Shown: piece after piece, positions 49,525-58,514 of the stretch
How positions within the stretch are numbered: position 1 is the first letter of the stretch
Layout of the letters: each line of letters begins with the position of its first letter
Assembly: GCA_965243395.1 (NCBI GenBank)
Contig: CBDEUS010000001.1
Span: 832,001-896,000, forward strand
Source: Gammaproteobacteria bacterium
GTDB lineage: Bacteria; Pseudomonadota; Gammaproteobacteria; UBA4575
Length of the DNA stretch: 64,000 bases
Direction of reading: 5' to 3'
Position numbers and translations under genes: made by a program
Notes under the pieces: generated by a model
What the model was told of the DNA's origin: nothing
Databases searched by the model: none
What the model saw: the letters and a program-made list of their open reading frames with translations, nothing else

Positions 49525-50622
49525 TTAAATTATGACTTGATCTACTGGTCTGCGTAGTGTTCGAGGAGTTGGATCGCCATAGCCAAAACGAATAATTAAA
49601 TCGGGAAGTTTGTTTCCTAACTCTAAATAACTAGCTAACTGGGGTCTTAACTTAGGCACTTCAATTGGTTGATTAATAAATGAGTGTCGTATCCCATGGG
49701 CTGTGGATTGCAGAGCAAAGCGTTGATACGCACGACCGACACTTACCCAAGCTGCTTTTGTTTGGTTTGTACAGCTAAACACAACAATACCAGCCGAACT
49801 TGCAATTTGCTCACGATATTTATCATTCTCGGGTTTTTTCCGATACATTAATTTAAACAAAAGATCTCCCATCCAATTTGGAACTGAAGGGCTTCCAGTT
49901 GATCGATATGTTAAACCGTCACGAAGTTGTAGCGCATCAGCTTCACTGAATCGTATCCAATCTTGAAGTTCATCTACAAATGCTTCGTCATCCATTTGAA
50001 CACTGTTACCCTCAACCACATATTCTGTCATTACATTTTTTGACTCATCTGTGGTTAAAAGGTGTATGTCAATATCGGTGGAATTGGCATACGTTACAAC
50101 ATTATTCAATGTGGATGATATTACTTTTGACCCATTAAAAACTGCTCGTGTACATTGTCTTTGAGGTATCGCTTCAAAAGCGGCGGCTGTTTTTGCTTTT
50201 GATTTATCAAATGAAATGATTACTGATTCTCTTGATTCATCAAATTGTAAATTGCCATAAAGCCCAAATGTCTGTGCTGCAATTAAAATATTTTCAGCAG
50301 CACAACCTAAACTTGCAAAAAGATGATGATCATCAGGATCAACTGCGGGGCATCTGCGACTGAAGTCGGGGACAATATGTATTTCATGATTAGTTAATTT
50401 AAATTTCCAAGGTTGAGTATTGTGGCTATTTGCTGCCATGGTTCCATATCGTACTAACTCACGCAAAATTTCTGAGTTATTTACTATTGGTTGCTGAGAG
50501 TGTTTATATGTTTGTAATACCAATTCATCATATGTGAGACCGTTTGTGTTACTAGCAAATGTTAATGCAGGAACTAAAGCAAATGACGAAACTCCTGCTA
50601 TAAATTCTCTTCTGTTGATCAT
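49525..50622 (-). CDS. Tat-exported Acg-family nitroreductase-like FMN oxidoreductase
   Basis: NRREFI Tat motif; AANSHNTQPWKF, SLGCAAEN, IRFGYG....TLRRPV. Confidence 0.85.
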   Translation of the reverse strand: MINRREFIAGVSSFALVPALTFASNTNGLTYDELVLQTYKHSQQPIVNNSEILRELVRYGTMAANSHNTQPWKFKLTNHEIHIVPDFSRRCPAVDPDDHHLFASLGCAAENILIAAQTFGLYGNLQFDESRESVIISFDKSKAKTAAAFEAIPQRQCTRAVFNGSKVISSTLNNVVTYANSTDIDIHLLTTDESKNVMTEYVVEGNSVQMDDEAFVDELQDWIRFSEADALQLRDGLTYRSTGSPSVPNWMGDLLFKLMYRKKPENDKYREQIASSAGIVVFSCTNQTKAAWVSVGRAYQRFALQSTAHGIRHSFINQPIEVPKLRPQLASYLELGNKLPDLIIRFGYGDPTPRTLRRPVDQVII

Positions 50623-50701
50623 TTAACTTAGGTTTTTCTTAAAATTTACTCAAAAATTTCCTCAATGCTAAACAGACTAATTCAAGGCTTGGAAAAGGCT
50701 A

Positions 50702-50715
50702 TTGATCTAAATCAG
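50702..50715. promoter_or_regulatory. FNR-like box
   Basis: TTGATCTAAATCAG, one mismatch to TTGAT-N4-ATCAA. Confidence 0.4.
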
Positions 50716-50861
50716 TATATTCAGATTTAATGCCTAGAGTTGTGATTAATAAAGGAATAAAATGTTCGCTCAACGTCGAACAAACTTTTTAGATTTTACT
50801 TCTAAAGCATGTTTGAACTGAAATCATGCAGACTAAAAATAGTTAGTCCATCAAGATCCAT

Positions 50862-51653
50862 ATGGAAATCAGACACTTTCTTTACAATTCATTCCTCATA
50901 GAAAGTGGAAATAATAAAATTGCCATTGACCCGGGACAATATTTCTCGATTTTCAACTTTACTAGTCTAATTCCAAAAACAGAATGGAAAAGTATCACTC
51001 ATGTTTTAATAACTCATGGCGACCCCGATCATCATTGGCAATCTGATCGAGTATCGGCTGCTAGTAATGCACCAGTTATATGTGGAAAAGATTTAGCTAA
51101 AGTCGAAGATGGCAAAACACTACTCGTAGATCCCCGTGGTAAAGAACTGACGTCATGGATGCCATTTAAAAACGTACATCCGTTAGATGTTGGAGAGTCC
51201 GTCATTTTAGGAGATGTAGTAATTGAAGCAGTCAAAACTGTACATGGCCCTATCAGTGTCCCATTCCTGTGGTTCAAAATAAAAAAACAACCCGGACCAG
51301 GAGAACGGGTAGGCATTGGTTCTGTTGGTTTCAAAATCACACTAGATGATAAGACTATTGTGAATCTGGGGGATACGATTTTACAAAAGGAATGGACAAG
51401 AATAGAACCAGATGTGCTTATGCTTCCCATTGGTGGTTTGGGTAATAATACTTGGACAATGGATGTAGCCGATGCATTAGAAGCAGTTAAGCTCATCGCA
51501 CCAAAAAAAGTTATTCCGTGCCATTACAACGTTCCATTTTTGTGGATAAAGAATATCGCACCAGCAGATGATCAATTATTTGTTGCTGAAGTCGAAAAAA
51601 TGGGGATAGAGTGTCATATCATGCGCTATGGTGAATCAATTACAGTAAATTAA
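50862..51653 (+). CDS. Metallo-beta-lactamase-fold hydrolase (UPF0173-like)
   Basis: IAIDPG, LITHGDPDH, GDT, LPIGG, VIPCHY. Confidence 0.85.
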   Translation: MEIRHFLYNSFLIESGNNKIAIDPGQYFSIFNFTSLIPKTEWKSITHVLITHGDPDHHWQSDRVSAASNAPVICGKDLAKVEDGKTLLVDPRGKELTSWMPFKNVHPLDVGESVILGDVVIEAVKTVHGPISVPFLWFKIKKQPGPGERVGIGSVGFKITLDDKTIVNLGDTILQKEWTRIEPDVLMLPIGGLGNNTWTMDVADALEAVKLIAPKKVIPCHYNVPFLWIKNIAPADDQLFVAEVEKMGIECHIMRYGESITVN

Positions 51654-51654
51654 T

Positions 51655-51681
51655 ATGTCGGTATCGATCCAAAGCGGACAT
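51655..51681 (+). repeat. 28-bp site with a 1-bp deletion
   Basis: ATGTCGGTAT-CGATCC-AAAGCGGACAT, 1 bp after the stop. Confidence 0.8.
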
Positions 51682-51694
51682 TCAAGAAAATTAG

Positions 51695-52948
51695 ATGATT
51701 GATAGAATATTTAATGCTTTATTTTCGATCGTTCAAGACTGTAACCTAATTCTGAAAGTCTTTACTAAGTATTCACTTTCACTGGTTACAATTTTTGCTG
51801 TTGGGTGTGCTACATCACTCAGACATGATCCAGTTCCTCAAGAATTAATATCTCAGGCAGCTATCTTAGAAACTTCAAATATCCGATTTTGGGGGGATGA
51901 GGAACCAAGAGGGTATAGAAGGAGTGATGACATTATCCAATGGCTAAAGCAACGCGCACAGAATAAAAATAGTAATAATGTGTCTTTGCCCGTATTAAAT
52001 GTCCTTGCTTTGTCAGGAGGTGGAGAAGATGGCCCTTTTGCTGCAGGTGTTATCACTGGTTGGACACGTAATGGAGATCGACCACAATTTGATGTAGTAA
52101 CCGGAGTAAGCGCAGGTGCATTAATATCACCATTCGTATTTCTAGGCCCTGAGTATGACGATGTCTTATTCGATATTTTTGCAAACTTAGAGGCTGATCA
52201 TATTTATAGACCGCAAATATTTAGCGGTTTGTTTGGAGGGTCAGCATTATATAGCTCTCATCCTTTAAAAGAGTTAATACATAAACATGTAACTGTAAAA
52301 ATTTTAAATCAAATTGCAATAGAGCATCGAAAAGGCCGTCGTTTATGGGTTGGCACAACAAACCTTGATGCTGGTCGACCTGTTATTTGGGACATCGGTG
52401 CATTAGCAGTTATCCAAATTCCAAATAAACTTGAAATTTTTCATAAAATCTTACTTGCTTCATCAAGTGTACCTGGACTATTCCCACCAGTGTTAATGGA
52501 AGTAACCGTTGGTGATAAAAGCTATACAGAACTTCATGTAGATGGCGGGGTTACGAGACAGGTTTTCTTTTACCCACCTCAGTTTGCAAAAGGTAGAACT
52601 GTAAAAGTGCTCAGTGACAAGTTTAATGCAAAACTCTACATTATTCGAAGCGGACGTAGTCAGGCGAGATATGAACCGATTGAAACTTCAACGTACTCTA
52701 TCGCACTTCGATCTATAATGATGACAATGCAAAATAAAGCAATTGGCGACTTATATAGGATATATGAAACCGCAAAACGAGATGGTTTTGACTATAATTT
52801 AGCAATAATCCCAGAAACGTTTGACCAGGAACCTAAAAGTGATTTTGATACAGACTACACTAATTCACTTTTTTATCTTGGTTATGAGCTTTCAAAAAAT
52901 GGTTATCCGTGGATTAAAGCTCCACCCGATTTTACCCCAAACGAATGA
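51695..52948 (+). CDS. Patatin-like phospholipase lipoprotein
   Basis: LALSGGG, GVSAG nucleophile, VDGG. Confidence 0.88.
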   Translation: MIDRIFNALFSIVQDCNLILKVFTKYSLSLVTIFAVGCATSLRHDPVPQELISQAAILETSNIRFWGDEEPRGYRRSDDIIQWLKQRAQNKNSNNVSLPVLNVLALSGGGEDGPFAAGVITGWTRNGDRPQFDVVTGVSAGALISPFVFLGPEYDDVLFDIFANLEADHIYRPQIFSGLFGGSALYSSHPLKELIHKHVTVKILNQIAIEHRKGRRLWVGTTNLDAGRPVIWDIGALAVIQIPNKLEIFHKILLASSSVPGLFPPVLMEVTVGDKSYTELHVDGGVTRQVFFYPPQFAKGRTVKVLSDKFNAKLYIIRSGRSQARYEPIETSTYSIALRSIMMTMQNKAIGDLYRIYETAKRDGFDYNLAIIPETFDQEPKSDFDTDYTNSLFYLGYELSKNGYPWIKAPPDFTPNE

Positions 52949-53511
52949 CTGCTCCTTATATACTCAGCTTTTTTCTAGCAGCATTATTAACCCTGCTCAC
53001 AATCATTTTCCAAAACTATGAATTTCTACTATATGCGGTAACAGTAATTATATTGATAGTTATTCTCTACAAAACAGACCAATATTTTAAATATAAAAAA
53101 CTAGGCATATGGTTATTTAATATTTGGTTAATTCTGCATATTTTAGGGGGCTTGGCTTTTTATCAAGGTGTCCGATTTTACGATTTGATGCTAATAGATC
53201 TGGTGGGTGAACCATATAACATCCTCAAATACGACCAGTTTGTGCACTTCTATTGCTACATAGTTATGTCAATTCTAATGTGGAGTGTGGTTCATAACAT
53301 AATGAAACAAAACGCAAGTAGTATCGTAGTGTGCGTAGTTACGATATTGGCAGCATCCAGTATTGGGGCTCTAAACGAAATAATCGAGTTTTTTGCTGTT
53401 GTTGCATTTGGCACAGATGGCGTAGGTGGGTATATCAATACTGTAATTGACTTAATTGCAAATCTTCTTGGTGCGATTACGGGCACGATTTATATGTATG
53501 CTAGGCAATAA
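52945..53511 (+). CDS. DUF2238-family membrane protein
   Basis: LHILGG, YDQFVHF, GALNEIIEF, DLIANLLG. Confidence 0.75.
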   Translation: MTAPYILSFFLAALLTLLTIIFQNYEFLLYAVTVIILIVILYKTDQYFKYKKLGIWLFNIWLILHILGGLAFYQGVRFYDLMLIDLVGEPYNILKYDQFVHFYCYIVMSILMWSVVHNIMKQNASSIVVCVVTILAASSIGALNEIIEFFAVVAFGTDGVGGYINTVIDLIANLLGAITGTIYMYARQ

Positions 53512-53721
53512 AAGTATATGACTACGTTTAACTGTAAAAAGACAACCGTTAATATACTGTCGGAGTTGCATCATTTTTTTCTATCGAATAAATTCCAATA
53601 TGTGAGACTTAGCACAAATTGGGAATATTCTACCGCCTAATAAAGTAGATATTTCCATATTAAAATTTATATTGAGGCGGTCTTGTAATCTACTAAATCG
53701 CCCATATATACGTCTTATACT

Positions 53722-54429
53722 ATGGATAATGAAACTATAACCTCTCCTTGTTCAAAATTAGATGCAACTAGAATTAATTTTCTATGTTGGAATATTAAGA
53801 AGGGCAAAAAGCCTAATTGGCAGGAGGACTTGTCGTGTTTAGTGGATGGCAAAGACCTAGTAATACTTCAAGAAGCAGCACTTGGGTTAGATTTTCCTGA
53901 AGTTTTCGGCGAAACAGTACATTATTCTTTTGGCAAAGGTTATAAAACAAAATCGCTGACTACTGGCGTTATGACGATTTCTAAACATGAGCCACTGAGG
54001 CATTACAACCTCACATGTTGGGAACCATGGTTGGCTACGCCTAAGGCAACTAATATAACGGAATATGGATTATCAGGCACAAAAGAAACACTCATCGTAG
54101 TAAATATTCACGCTATTAATTTCACCTTCGGGGTTAAACAATTCCGTCGACAAATTGAAAAAGTACGACGAGTTTTAGCAGAACATAGTGGCCCTTTAAT
54201 ATTGTCTGGTGATTTTAATACTTGGCGTAAAAAACGTATGAAAATCATCGAAACCTTAGCTGTTGAACATGAGTTAGATGCTTTGTCGTTTCAGAAGGAT
54301 CATCGTAAAAGAATATTTGGTCAGCGTCTGGATCACATCTTCGTGCGGTCATTAACTGCTGAGAGCACGGGAACACATCATGTGGAATCTTCCGATCACA
54401 ACCCACTTTCGGCAAAGTTAAAACTTTAA
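53722..54429 (+). CDS. Endonuclease/exonuclease/phosphatase (YafD-like) protein
   Basis: WNIKK, LQEA, NIHAINF, GDFNTW, LDHIF, SDHNP. Confidence 0.88.
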   Translation: MDNETITSPCSKLDATRINFLCWNIKKGKKPNWQEDLSCLVDGKDLVILQEAALGLDFPEVFGETVHYSFGKGYKTKSLTTGVMTISKHEPLRHYNLTCWEPWLATPKATNITEYGLSGTKETLIVVNIHAINFTFGVKQFRRQIEKVRRVLAEHSGPLILSGDFNTWRKKRMKIIETLAVEHELDALSFQKDHRKRIFGQRLDHIFVRSLTAESTGTHHVESSDHNPLSAKLKL

Positions 54430-54433
54430 AAGA

Positions 54434-54461
54434 ACGAACACTATTTGCCTAAGGCAGTCAT
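54434..54461 (+). repeat. 28-bp site
   Basis: ACGAACACTAT-TTGCCT-AAGGCAGTCAT. Confidence 0.55.
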
Positions 54462-54477
54462 AACGATTTTAGCTAAT

Positions 54478-54491
54478 TTGATTTGAGTCAA
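54478..54491. promoter_or_regulatory. FNR-like box upstream of the cytochrome b gene
   Basis: TTGATTTGAGTCAA. Confidence 0.4.
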
Positions 54492-54591
54492 TAAATTAGT
54501 GTCTATCCTTAGATAAATTCTAATCAAACCTTTTAATTTCTGTCTACTGCCCATATCTATGGTCTGTATGTAAAGATATTGAGATAAGAGA

Positions 54592-55161
54592 ATGGCTGAA
54601 CAAATTAAAAACATTATCCCGATTTGGATTAAATGGACTCATTTAGGACTGGCGCTATTCGGCATTACTGCCTATCTAACTGCTGAATTGGCAGAATACT
54701 CAGATGGGTTTGGTTACTATTTGCATGCTTATCTTGGACTTACACTATTGTTGTTTATTATTAGTCGCACTATTTATGGTGTAATTGGCAAACCTCAATA
54801 CAGGTTTTCTAATTGGTTCCTTTACAACCGAGCTTATATAAAGACAATTAAAGAAGATATTAAAGACTTAATTGCACTAAAGATTCCAGAAAGGACAGAC
54901 CATAAGGGACTGTCAGGCTTAGTTCAAGCATTCGGTTTACTTGTATTTTCATGGATGGCTATTACTGGCACGATTATGTTTTATGCGGGAAGTTCTGAAG
55001 ACTCAATGGCAACTGAATTACACGAAGTTGGCGAAACGCTGGTTCCATTGTTTTTAATTCTTCATGTCGGCGCAGTTATTCTTCACATACTTTTTGGTAA
55101 GAATAATTTAATAAAGATGTTGCCATTTCTCTCAAACAAAAAGAATTTAGCGCATGATTGA
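54592..55161 (+). CDS. Cytochrome b (Ni/Fe-hydrogenase b / b561-type) membrane protein
   Basis: Four TM helices with His ligands: WTHL, LHAYLG, ELHE, LHVGAV. Confidence 0.82.
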   Translation: MAEQIKNIIPIWIKWTHLGLALFGITAYLTAELAEYSDGFGYYLHAYLGLTLLLFIISRTIYGVIGKPQYRFSNWFLYNRAYIKTIKEDIKDLIALKIPERTDHKGLSGLVQAFGLLVFSWMAITGTIMFYAGSSEDSMATELHEVGETLVPLFLILHVGAVILHILFGKNNLIKMLPFLSNKKNLAHD

Positions 55162-55172
55162 CGACTTCTATA

Positions 55173-55529
55173 GGCATCCCCAAAATGCCTTCTAAAATGT
55201 TTGATTAAATAATTGATGGAGGCGGCGGGATTGTCCTTAACACATCCCTGTGTTTCGCTCTTTGAGCACATTCGGCGGACCAAAATGTTCCAGACATTTT
55301 GTCAAACCCGCTACGCAGTGCTTCTATTCCATCAACTCATTCAGCTAATACAAAAAAACGCCCTTGTAGGGTGTTTTTTTATTAGTGGTGGAGGCGGCGT
55401 CTATCAAATAGTTATTCTATCTACCTGATTATATTCAATATTTTAATTCTATTCTAAATTTATACCCCCAAACTTACCCCCAATTATCATCGGATTTGGA
55501 TAGACTTTATTGGATGCAATGGGATTATT
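55173..55529. mobile_element. Island junction 2: island end, two tmRNA-like 3' fragments (55214-55232, 55386-55399) around a structured spacer, next island end
   Basis: GGCATCCCCAAAATGCCTTC..., TGATGGAGGCGGCGGGATT, TGGTGGAGGCGGCG, TATACCCCCAAACTTACCCCCAA; homologous to 40945-41130. Confidence 0.78.
55352..55380 (-). terminator. Intrinsic terminator just downstream (minus strand) of the tmRNA-like 3' fragment
   Basis: AAAAAAACGCCCT-TGT-AGGGTGTTTTTTT. Confidence 0.8.
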
Positions 55530-55557
55530 ATGTCTTTTAATGAACCAAAGCAGAGAT
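55530..55557 (+). repeat. 28-bp site, first of the island
   Basis: ATGTCTTTTAA-TGAACC-AAAGCAGAGAT. Confidence 0.68.
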
Positions 55558-55594
55558 AAAATATTTAAGTAAATTTTATAAAAAGGATAGCTTC

Positions 55595-56473
55595 ATGCCT
55601 AAAACATTTATCGCAATGCGTAGTGTCCTTTATGTTCCCGGCTCTAATCTTCGTGCACTGCAAAAGGCAAAATCTCTAGCTGCTGATGCTTTTATCTTTG
55701 ACCTTGAAGATGCTGTTTCACCCGAAATGAAAGAAAACGCAAGAGTGAATATCTTGGAAACTCTGGATCAAAATAACTTTGCAGCAAAACAAACTGTAAT
55801 AAGAGTAAATCCTCTGGGGAGCTACTGGGGATTTAACGATCTTGTAGCTGCTGCGAAAAGTAAGGCGACAGCGATTTTGCTTCCTAAAGTTGAAAGTGCG
55901 GATATGGTGAGACAAGCTGAATCCATATTAATCGAATCAAACCCCTCTAACAGTTTAGATATTTGGTGCATGATGGAAACACCAAGGAGCATGCTTCATG
56001 CAGAAGAAATAGCAAGCGCTAGTCCTAGTATTCGCGCAATTGTAATTGGAACATCGGATCTCGCAAAAGATTTAGGCGCTCTTCATACTAGAGAAAGATT
56101 ACCATTTCTTACTAGCCTTTGTATTTGCATAATGGCCGCTCGTGCGGCGGATGTTGCAATCATAGATGGTGTTCATCTTAATCTTGATGATGAAGAAGGA
56201 TTTGATTATGCCTGCAAGCAGGGACGTGAACTTGGGTTTGATGGAAAATCTTTAATACATCCAAAAACTATATCTAAAGCGAATGAGACGTTTTCCCCGT
56301 CTAAAGAGGAAATTAACTGGTCAAAAAGAATAATTAAGGCTTATAAGGAAGCGACTAATCGAGGTGAAGGAGTTGTGGTAGTAGATGGAAGATTAATTGA
56401 GCAACTTCATATCGAAGGAGCAAAAAGAACGTTACTTTTATCAAATGCTATTGAAAAACTTGGTAATGATTAA
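55595..56473 (+). CDS. CitE/malyl-CoA lyase-like (HpcH/HpaI) CoA-ester lyase
   Basis: RSVLYVPG, FDLEDAV, LPKVES, IGTSDL, GFDGK.LIHP, VDGRLIE.LH. Confidence 0.9.
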   Translation: MPKTFIAMRSVLYVPGSNLRALQKAKSLAADAFIFDLEDAVSPEMKENARVNILETLDQNNFAAKQTVIRVNPLGSYWGFNDLVAAAKSKATAILLPKVESADMVRQAESILIESNPSNSLDIWCMMETPRSMLHAEEIASASPSIRAIVIGTSDLAKDLGALHTRERLPFLTSLCICIMAARAADVAIIDGVHLNLDDEEGFDYACKQGRELGFDGKSLIHPKTISKANETFSPSKEEINWSKRIIKAYKEATNRGEGVVVVDGRLIEQLHIEGAKRTLLLSNAIEKLGND

Positions 56474-56523
56474 TATCAAACTATCTGATTGAATATTTTC
56501 AAATGAGATCCACTAGAATTTAA

Positions 56524-56552
56524 ATGACCGCTATTCGCCGAATAGCAGTCAT
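56524..56552 (+). repeat. 29-bp variant site
   Basis: ATGACCGCTAT-TCGCCGA-ATAGCAGTCAT. Confidence 0.75.
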
Positions 56553-56586
56553 TTCCAATAGGGTATTTTTAGCACTAATATAGCTA

Positions 56587-57087
56587 ATGTATATAATTTT
56601 TAGCCCACTTATTATTGCACTTGCAAGCATAATATTATTTCTTATTTTTTTATGGATAGTCCATCGAATCCAAGGTAAAAAATTTTCACGAACTACTAAA
56701 ATAAGTGCATCCATTGTCGTTGGCTTTTTCGTAATCGCTTTAGTTGTTGCACATATATACACGGAAAAGAAGCTTGCTAATAACGAGGATTTCGCTAATA
56801 AATTGATTGAATCCATCTTAAACAATACAGATTTTTATCTGAGTGAAATATCAGAAGATGAAGATATTAAAGAAATAGAAGAAAAACGTGAGTTGTTACA
56901 TGGATCACTTCATTTAGAACATAGTGACTTTAGTTATGGGTCTCACGAATACCATTATTGTCTAGATAATAAAACAGCTATAAGTATTTTTTTTTCTGAT
57001 AGAAATAATTCTCCCAAATTTGCGCAAATTAATATCTATGAACCAGGCTCTTTTCGAGCTGAAATGTGTAAAAAGTATGTAAATTAG
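56587..57087 (+). CDS. Hypothetical protein with two N-terminal TM helices (cassette)
   Basis: 166-aa ORF bounded by sites. Confidence 0.6.
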   Translation: MYIIFSPLIIALASIILFLIFLWIVHRIQGKKFSRTTKISASIVVGFFVIALVVAHIYTEKKLANNEDFANKLIESILNNTDFYLSEISEDEDIKEIEEKRELLHGSLHLEHSDFSYGSHEYHYCLDNKTAISIFFSDRNNSPKFAQINIYEPGSFRAEMCKKYVN

Positions 57088-57089
57088 AT

Positions 57090-57117
57090 ATGCCTACTTC
57101 TAGTCGAAAGCAGACAA
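57090..57117 (+). repeat. 28-bp site
   Basis: ATGCCTACTTC-TAGTCG-AAAGCAGACAA. Confidence 0.65.
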
Positions 57118-57162
57118 AATAAGGTGCACAATGTATTGGAATCAATAAACTACAAATCTAAA

Positions 57163-57190
57163 ATGTCCGGTATCGACCCAAAGCGGACAT
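57163..57190 (+). repeat. 28-bp site, near consensus
   Basis: ATGTCCGGTAT-CGACCC-AAAGCGGACAT. Confidence 0.85.
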
Positions 57191-57207
57191 TCGTAGACTA
57201 GTCTAGA

Positions 57208-57221
57208 TTGACTCAGGTCAA
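57208..57221. promoter_or_regulatory. FNR/CRP-family-like palindrome
   Basis: TTGACTCAGGTCAA. Confidence 0.4.
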
Positions 57222-57349
57222 GACACCTCAACTAGAGAAATGCAATTATTCAAGAAACATTGCTAGTTCTCTTGATCTCTTGTTTATATAAAAATTTATC
57301 AAGATAACTGCACGGTAGTGGTGAAATCATGCATCCATGAGGAAAGACC

Positions 57350-57892
57350 ATGCCTATTTATCTTGAACCACGAGACGTAACTTCTGATCTTAAAGGCTTT
57401 AATTCAGTCTTGATTGTTTCTTGTCCCGTCTGCCCACCAATGAGTATGGCGATGCAAACAAAGAAGCCTTTCATCGACTTTTTCAAACATGGTATTAAGA
57501 CAGAGGTTTTTGAGGACTACATCAATTCAATTCGTGAGCCGCTCGAACAACAAAGTGTGCATACTGATGTTTACACCACCCGTGCACCTTCACCCTTGAT
57601 GTGCCTTTGGACAGAAGGACAATGTAGCAGATTATTAAAACGAACTAAGGGCCATGATGCAGTACTCGTAGTGGGATGTAATTCCGCAATACATGTTGTA
57701 AAAGACATCCTCAAAGATACGGATTGCAAAATTTTTCCAGCCATGAAAATGAAGGCAATTGCAAATGCAACCACGAAATTCCAGTTCCCCATTAAAGTGA
57801 AGTTTGACATGAATCCGATAAAAAAGAAAAGCAGAGTTAACAATCAAAAGGAATCCACTAGTGTCGAGAGGGAAAATGAAAAGGATGTGTAA
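57350..57892 (+). CDS. Cys-containing hypothetical protein
   Basis: SVLIVSCPVC, MCLW, DAVLVVGC; RBS GAGGA. Confidence 0.65.
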   Translation: MPIYLEPRDVTSDLKGFNSVLIVSCPVCPPMSMAMQTKKPFIDFFKHGIKTEVFEDYINSIREPLEQQSVHTDVYTTRAPSPLMCLWTEGQCSRLLKRTKGHDAVLVVGCNSAIHVVKDILKDTDCKIFPAMKMKAIANATTKFQFPIKVKFDMNPIKKKSRVNNQKESTSVERENEKDV

Positions 57893-57930
57893 TAAAGCAC
57901 GTAATTAACCCTGTTGCATTAGAGTAGTTA

Positions 57931-57944
57931 TTGATCTAAATCAA
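57931..57944. promoter_or_regulatory. Consensus FNR box
   Basis: TTGATCTAAATCAA = TTGAT-N4-ATCAA, ~70 bp upstream of the 58011 start. Confidence 0.6.
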
Positions 57945-58010
57945 CATATAGAGGTAAACCATCATTCAAAGTGACCTTTATTAATATCGACTCCAGAGAG
58001 GTACATAGCG

Positions 58011-58268
58011 ATGATGCAAGACATGATGAAGAAATGCTGTGGTGAGGATGGAACACCTAACTTCGAAAAGATGAAGCAATTCATGGAACAATGCGGAAAA
58101 GAAGAATTTAGCGAAGATCAGATCAAAATGATGAAACAATTTTGTTCTGAAAAAGTCATGCCCATGATGCAAGAGATGATGGAAATGATGGAGAAGTGTG
58201 GTTGTATGATTCCTGAATCAACTTCTAATGAATCTAGCACAGATTCTAAATCTGAATGCTGTCACTAA
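58011..58268 (+). CDS. Small Met/Cys-rich protein
   Basis: MMQDMMKKCC...MMQEMMEMMEKCGCM...ECCH; RBS GAGAGG. Confidence 0.65.
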   Translation: MMQDMMKKCCGEDGTPNFEKMKQFMEQCGKEEFSEDQIKMMKQFCSEKVMPMMQEMMEMMEKCGCMIPESTSNESSTDSKSECCH

Positions 58269-58280
58269 TGAAAACAGTTC

Positions 58281-58514
58281 ATGTGTTTTTTCTTTAGTTT
58301 AATGCCAGCCACTTTTGGGTTAGTGGTGGGGTATTTTGTTTTGTTTTCTTCTACCAAAGCAGAAGGTGGTGTTAAAATCTTTGGAATAGTGTTGGCCACT
58401 TGGATTTTTATCATTACTGCGTTTATTCCCATAGCTGGAGCTTATCTAGCTTTTTCTGAACTATGCCACATGGAAGGAATGATGCAAAACATGCAATTTG
58501 ATAAGGATTCGTAA
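58281..58514 (+). CDS. Small two-TM membrane protein
   Basis: GYFVLFSS.KAEGG...FG..LA.W. Confidence 0.6.
   Translation: MCFFFSLMPATFGLVVGYFVLFSSTKAEGGVKIFGIVLATWIFIITAFIPIAGAYLAFSELCHMEGMMQNMQFDKDS

Noticed and set aside
55214-55399. Intact tRNA or tmRNA gene
   Set aside because: Only 14-19-nt 3'-end fragments are present; no 5' acceptor strand or full cloverleaf
55213-55428. 71-aa ORF from the ORF track
   Set aside because: Runs across the att fragments and a terminator; almost certainly spurious
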